A program made the translations under genes and the position numbers. DNA of 64,000 nt from NCBI RefSeq assembly GCF_031423415.1, contig NZ_JANPFL010000001.1, forward strand, positions 3,566 through 67,565, written 5' to 3'. Shown here piece by piece: positions 59,449-64,000 of this stretch (positions are counted from its first letter, which is position 1; each line of letters opens with the position of its first letter). The notes under the pieces were generated by a model. That model was not told the DNA's origin and did no database searches. It worked only from the letters and a program-made list of their open reading frames with translations. The stretch comes from Flavobacterium sp. GTDB lineage: Bacteria > Bacteroidota > Bacteroidia > Flavobacteriales > Flavobacteriaceae.

Positions 59449-61095
59449 TTATTTAGGTTTTGTATAATAAATTTCTAGTTGTAATCTTTTGCTATAATTC
59501 GCATCCGATTCAGAAAGATTACTTCCGTAAAGGACGGTTCCAAGAGGATTCATTACGCTTGCTTTTGGAACTTGTGACATAAAAGGATTTTCTGTCTTTA
59601 GCTTTCTAAAATCTGCACTGTTTACATCCTCGGTAACAACAAGACCGAGCTTACTATTTAATACATCAGATTTTTTAACTAAATTACTTATATGATTTGT
59701 AATATTAAATTTATAAGAAACTCCTCTTTTTAAATCAGTTGTTGCTCTTTTTATAAAGCCCCCAAATAAATATTTTGAATTGTTTTTATTGGCTATTGAA
59801 GAGGCGAAAACATAATCTAAAATAGTAGTTCCATAGGTGTAATTATACAAATAAATTCTCTGTGGCTCGATGCTTTTTTTAAATTCCGCGTTATCTGTAT
59901 CAATATAAACAACCAGATTGGCTTCATTAATCAACCATCCTTCCTTTCTAATTTTATCCAATTCATCTGATACGCCGTTTGGACCAGTCAAGTTTCCGTT
60001 TGTGTCATATCCTAGTAAATCCTTTTTTTCAAAAAGCTCTATAACAGCCAATGTTCCCTCGCCTCCTTTTAAATATAATTTTTGGTCGCCAAGAACCCTA
60101 TCTGGATTGTTTCTGGCAGTTTCATAATCAGTATTTGGGTTGCTTTGTTCCAATAAACTTACTGTTTTTCCTGTCATATTAAGAATTAAATTTTTCTCCA
60201 CTCTAGTTACTGGCGTTGTAGAGGAATCTTCTTTATATTTAATAGTTATGGTTCCCTTAGCAAAATTAATCATGGCTAGACTCCCTTTATCAGACCCAGA
60301 TTGTTCGACTTTAAAGTACAAACCTTTAAAATAATCTGTAAATACATTATTAGATACCAAACTTCCTGTCGGTGCTCCGTCGATAAATATCTTCTTCTGA
60401 AAAAAGTCCGTATTCAGTTTTAATCGCATACTTGGAGCCGAATAGGTCGTGGTTTCTTTATCTGCGTCACCTTTTGTTGTAACTGAATGTTGAGTAGGAT
60501 CAAAATAAAATTCATCATTTTGCGACTTGTCAGAATCATCATTCAATCTACTTCCCTTTATAAAACCATCAAATTCAGTATTTTGATTGGTGTATAAGGA
60601 TTGAGCGTTTCCATTTTGATTACCCATGTACCTAGTAGACTCATAAACACTCAGTTTTACTTTAGCTAATTTTTCTCCATAAATAGAATCTAAAACATAA
60701 GTGTTTCCAGATGTAACGCCAGTAGAATTTACTATAGGTTTTGTTTGAGAAGCATCAACAAAATAAGGCACATCAAGATATACGCTTTCTATTACAGGAT
60801 TTAGTCCAATTGTGGGATCTAGATTTGCTAAGGCTAATTGAGTTACGAAACTCGCCGCGGTTGTGCCAAAAGCTGAATTTTCATATATTCCTAAAGCATT
60901 TATAGGGAGATTACTAGATTCTACAGGAGTAATTTTTTCGTTGTGAGCTACTACATTTGATGGATACTTTACTAATGTGAAATTATTATCACCTAACAAG
61001 GCTTCTCCAACCGCGCTATATTCTTTGTCACAAGATACAAAAAGCAGCATTACCGCAAAAAATAGTAAGGATTTAAAAAGAGAATTATTATGCAT
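59449..61095 (-). CDS. DUF4270-like lipoprotein
   Basis: Lipobox FVSC, YFKGLYF, LYLKGGEG, C-terminal LEIYYTKP; located between a glycogen-synthase-like gene and glmS. Confidence 0.8.
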   Translation of the reverse strand: MHNNSLFKSLLFFAVMLLFVSCDKEYSAVGEALLGDNNFTLVKYPSNVVAHNEKITPVESSNLPINALGIYENSAFGTTAASFVTQLALANLDPTIGLNPVIESVYLDVPYFVDASQTKPIVNSTGVTSGNTYVLDSIYGEKLAKVKLSVYESTRYMGNQNGNAQSLYTNQNTEFDGFIKGSRLNDDSDKSQNDEFYFDPTQHSVTTKGDADKETTTYSAPSMRLKLNTDFFQKKIFIDGAPTGSLVSNNVFTDYFKGLYFKVEQSGSDKGSLAMINFAKGTITIKYKEDSSTTPVTRVEKNLILNMTGKTVSLLEQSNPNTDYETARNNPDRVLGDQKLYLKGGEGTLAVIELFEKKDLLGYDTNGNLTGPNGVSDELDKIRKEGWLINEANLVVYIDTDNAEFKKSIEPQRIYLYNYTYGTTILDYVFASSIANKNNSKYLFGGFIKRATTDLKRGVSYKFNITNHISNLVKKSDVLNSKLGLVVTEDVNSADFRKLKTENPFMSQVPKASVMNPLGTVLYGSNLSESDANYSKRLQLEIYYTKPK

Positions 61096-61115
61096 ATTTA
61101 CTAGAAAATGTTAAT

Positions 61116-61922
61116 TTAGAGAACAAAATTTGTATAAAAATTAGAATACGCCTCGGCGAATTTATCTTTCGGGGCGAAAGGTAAAAAAGGTTTGCCTGAA
61201 GATTCTATAAATTTTGTTAAACTTGAAGACAGGTTTTCTGAGGCAATAATTACAGCATCCGAATGATTGATGGTTGCCTTCATAATATTCTCGTAATCAG
61301 GTTTTTCTAAGTCGGAAATAGCTTCATTTGGAATCCCGTCAAATTTTATTTTATTTATCATTTCTATATCTAAAGTACCGTCAAAAGACTGACTGTAAAC
61401 CGATGTCACAATTTTTGTGTCTGAAAATAAGGCTTCGTTTTTATAAAAATGCTTCATATAAATGGGCAACATTGCGGCCATCCAACCATGAACGTGAATA
61501 ATATCAGGAACCCAATTCAATTTTTTTACCGTTTCGACTACGCCTTTAGCAAAGAAAATAGCTCGTTCATCATTATCTCGAAACATAACTCCTTCTTCAT
61601 CAGTAAATGTTGCTTTGCGCTTGAAATACTCGTCATTGTCAATAAAATAAACCTGAATTCTTTCTTTTGGAATTGAAGCCACCTTTATAATCAAAGGCAT
61701 GTCTAAGTCATTTACGACCAAATTCATCCCCGAAAGGCGAATTACTTCGTGCAACTGATGTCTTCTTTCGTTAATATTTCCATACCTTGGCATAAAAATT
61801 CTAATTTGTCCGCCTTGATTATTTATCATTTTTGGCACTTGATAAGACATTGAAGAAACCTCATTTTCAGCTAGATAAGGCACCACCTCAGATGATACAT
61901 ATAATATTCTCTTATCTTCCAT
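61116..61922 (-). CDS. Glycogen/starch synthase catalytic-domain-like protein (start moved to ATG at 61922)
   Basis: ILYVSSEVVPY, FMPRYG, DNDERAIFF, PDIIHVHGW; TAATTTTG promoter at 61961-61968. Confidence 0.85.
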   Translation of the reverse strand: MEDKRILYVSSEVVPYLAENEVSSMSYQVPKMINNQGGQIRIFMPRYGNINERRHQLHEVIRLSGMNLVVNDLDMPLIIKVASIPKERIQVYFIDNDEYFKRKATFTDEEGVMFRDNDERAIFFAKGVVETVKKLNWVPDIIHVHGWMAAMLPIYMKHFYKNEALFSDTKIVTSVYSQSFDGTLDIEMINKIKFDGIPNEAISDLEKPDYENIMKATINHSDAVIIASENLSSSLTKFIESSGKPFLPFAPKDKFAEAYSNFYTNFVL

Positions 61923-62030
61923 ATTGTAAATTACTTGATTTATTGGCAATAAAAACTATGCAAAATTACAAAAATTTATGCAGTTATAGACTAAAATATT
62001 ATGTTTGCAGATTATTTCAACAAAATACCT

Positions 62031-62879
62031 ATGCATATTTTCTACGGAAAAGCAGCTTTGATAGAACATTTAAAATCTATTAAAACTAACAGTTCCACAA
62101 TCGGGCTTGTACCCACTATGGGGGCATTACACCAAGGTCATTTATCATTGATGCAACAATCAATGGCTAATAACGACGCTACTGTAGTAAGTATTTTTGT
62201 CAATCCAACCCAGTTTAACAATCCTGAAGATCTTGCAAAATACCCAAGAACACTTGAAGACGATCTAAATCAAATTAGTGGTTTGTGCACTGAAATTATA
62301 GTGTATGCACCACCTACTGAAGATCTTTATGAGGGAAAACCTTCTTCCCAGTTCTTTGATTTTGACGGTTTAGAAAACCAAATGGAAGGTAAATTCAGGC
62401 CCGGACATTTCAATGGTGTTGGCACTATTGTAAAACGACTTTTCGAAATTGTGCAACCTACAAACGCCTATTTTGGGGAAAAAGATTTTCAACAATTGCA
62501 AATTATAAAGAAAATGGTCGCAAAAAACAAGATGAAAGTCCTCGTTGTTGGTTGTCCGATTCACCGTGAACGCAATCAGTTGGCGATGAGTTCTAGAAAT
62601 GCTCTTTTATCTCCAAAAGAGAGACAAGAAGCTTCCATTATTTATAAAACTTTAATTGATTCTAAAGAGAAATTCCAAAAATTCAGTGCCAAAATAGTAA
62701 CGGAAGAAGTTGAAAAAGTATTTCAAAACAATTCCAATTTCACTTTAGAATATTATCAAATTGCTGACGAAAAAACGCTACTGCCTTGTATACGAAAAAG
62801 CAAAAACAAAAGCTATCGTGCTTTTATAGCGGTTTTTGTCCACAATGTCCGATTGATTGACACCATTTCATTAAATTAA
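62031..62879 (+). CDS. panC: Pantoate-beta-alanine ligase (start moved to ATG at 62031)
   Basis: VPTMGALHQGH, SIFVNPTQF, RPGHF.GV, FGEKDFQQ, AMSSRN, RLID; TATGTTTG promoter at 62000-62007. Confidence 0.97.
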   Translation: MHIFYGKAALIEHLKSIKTNSSTIGLVPTMGALHQGHLSLMQQSMANNDATVVSIFVNPTQFNNPEDLAKYPRTLEDDLNQISGLCTEIIVYAPPTEDLYEGKPSSQFFDFDGLENQMEGKFRPGHFNGVGTIVKRLFEIVQPTNAYFGEKDFQQLQIIKKMVAKNKMKVLVVGCPIHRERNQLAMSSRNALLSPKERQEASIIYKTLIDSKEKFQKFSAKIVTEEVEKVFQNNSNFTLEYYQIADEKTLLPCIRKSKNKSYRAFIAVFVHNVRLIDTISLN

Positions 62880-62893
62880 TTTACTTTTGCACA

Positions 62894-63244
62894 ATGCAAA
62901 TACAAGTAGTAAAATCAAAAATTCATCGAGTGAAGGTTACTGGCGCCGATTTAAATTATATAGGAAGCATTACAATTGACGAAGCGTTGATGGATGCCTC
63001 GAATCTTATTGAGGGCGAAAAAGTAGCGATTGTAAACATCAATAATGGCGAGCGCTTTGACACTTATGCTATCAAAGGGGAAAAAAATTCAGGTGAAATA
63101 ACCTTAAACGGACCTGCTGCCCGAAAAGTGCAAAAAGACGATATTATCATTATTATTTCATACGCTACATTAGATTTTGAAGAAGCTAAAATCTTCAAGC
63201 CTTGGATTATTTTCCCTAATGAAAAAGATAATTCATTGACTTAA
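62894..63244 (+). CDS. panD: Aspartate 1-decarboxylase
   Basis: KSKIHR, Y.GSITID (Gly-Ser cleavage site), NGERF.TY.I, LNGPAAR. Confidence 0.98.
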   Translation: MQIQVVKSKIHRVKVTGADLNYIGSITIDEALMDASNLIEGEKVAIVNINNGERFDTYAIKGEKNSGEITLNGPAARKVQKDDIIIIISYATLDFEEAKIFKPWIIFPNEKDNSLT

Positions 63245-63410
63245 ATCTTCCGAAATCCGTCGTCATAATTTCAACTCCTTCTTATTTAATTGTTTTCGAA
63301 ATGTTCTTTTTTATATATTCTGCTTTTTTAAAAGTAAATAAAAGTAGTATATTGCTACTCTTTTCGAACCGTAAAATTCAAAAAATAGTAATGTACAAAC
63401 CACATAAATT

Positions 63411-64000
63411 ATGAAGCAAATAGTATTATTTTTGTTTTTTTCGATCTCACTTTATTCGCAAAAATATACCGAGGAATTTGTTTCAAGCAAATTGGGCCAA
63501 AGCCGAGAAATAACTATTGGACTGCCCAATTCCTACGAAAAAAACCCAACTAAAAAATATCCAATCCTCGTTTTGCTAGACAGCGATTACTTGTTTGACC
63601 CTTTTTACGGTGCTTTGAGCTACGGTGAGTATTGGGAAGACTTACCCGAAACCATCATCATTGGCATTAACCAAAACAAAAACAAAGAACGAATCGACGA
63701 CTGTACTTATAATGAAGATACCAATCTACCTTCCGGAAAAGGAGCTAGCTTTTTCGAGTTCCTTGGTGGTGAATTGCTTCCTTATATCGAAAAAAAATAC
63801 CGCGTTGCTCCGTTTCGAATTATTGCTGGACACGACACCACAGCTGGCTATTTAAACTTTTTTCTATATAAAGATTACTCCATATTCAATGCCTATATTT
63901 CATTGAGCCCGGAACTCGTTCCTGGAATGGATACCCAAATTCCAGAACGGTTTGCAGGCTTAAAACAACCTCTTTTCTACTACCAATCTACGGGCGATGG
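63411..64000 (+). CDS. Alpha/beta-hydrolase (esterase-like) fold protein, 3'-truncated by window edge
   Basis: Own translation: MKQIVLFLFF...SREITIGLP.SY...KKYPILVLLD...ELLPYIEKKYR...IIAGHDTTA...FNAYISLSP; open to the end of the window, so absent from the ORF track. Confidence 0.8.
   Translation, partial: MKQIVLFLFFSISLYSQKYTEEFVSSKLGQSREITIGLPNSYEKNPTKKYPILVLLDSDYLFDPFYGALSYGEYWEDLPETIIIGINQNKNKERIDDCTYNEDTNLPSGKGASFFEFLGGELLPYIEKKYRVAPFRIIAGHDTTAGYLNFFLYKDYSIFNAYISLSPELVPGMDTQIPERFAGLKQPLFYYQSTGD

Overview
AT-rich chromosomal window from a Bacteroidota organism, almost certainly Flavobacterium-like (TAnnTTTG promoters, T9SS cargo genes, atpD-atpC separate from the other atp genes, DnaE with an N-terminal exonuclease). 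The housekeeping backbone is nuoK-L-M-N, trxA, dnaE, leuC-leuD-cimA-leuB, rpsP-rimM-yfiC, bioF-bioD-bioA plus a KAS-like gene, atpD-atpC, a TonB-dependent receptor with an SGNH lipoprotein, glmS and panC-panD. Accessory content is a RhuM/Fic(Doc) gene, a defence insert between dnaE and trxA (frameshifted type IIG R-M gene and an Abi/HEPN gene followed by a predicted small RNA), two large paralogous T9SS surface proteins with a duplicated promoter and decayed N-terminus, two four-helix-bundle genes and one GxxExxY gene each flanked by periodic repeats, and many small palindromic elements, some nested in each other and some inside CDSs. The most striking observation is at 8453-8680. Five tandem 25-bp hairpins sit just upstream of the rhuM-fic gene. 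Each is a different sequence variant of the single palindromic segment (ELDxx-SNVQKMHIA) inside that gene's own coding sequence, so they look like a cassette library or operator array for a variable protein motif. All family assignments come from motif recognition by eye; no database searches were run.
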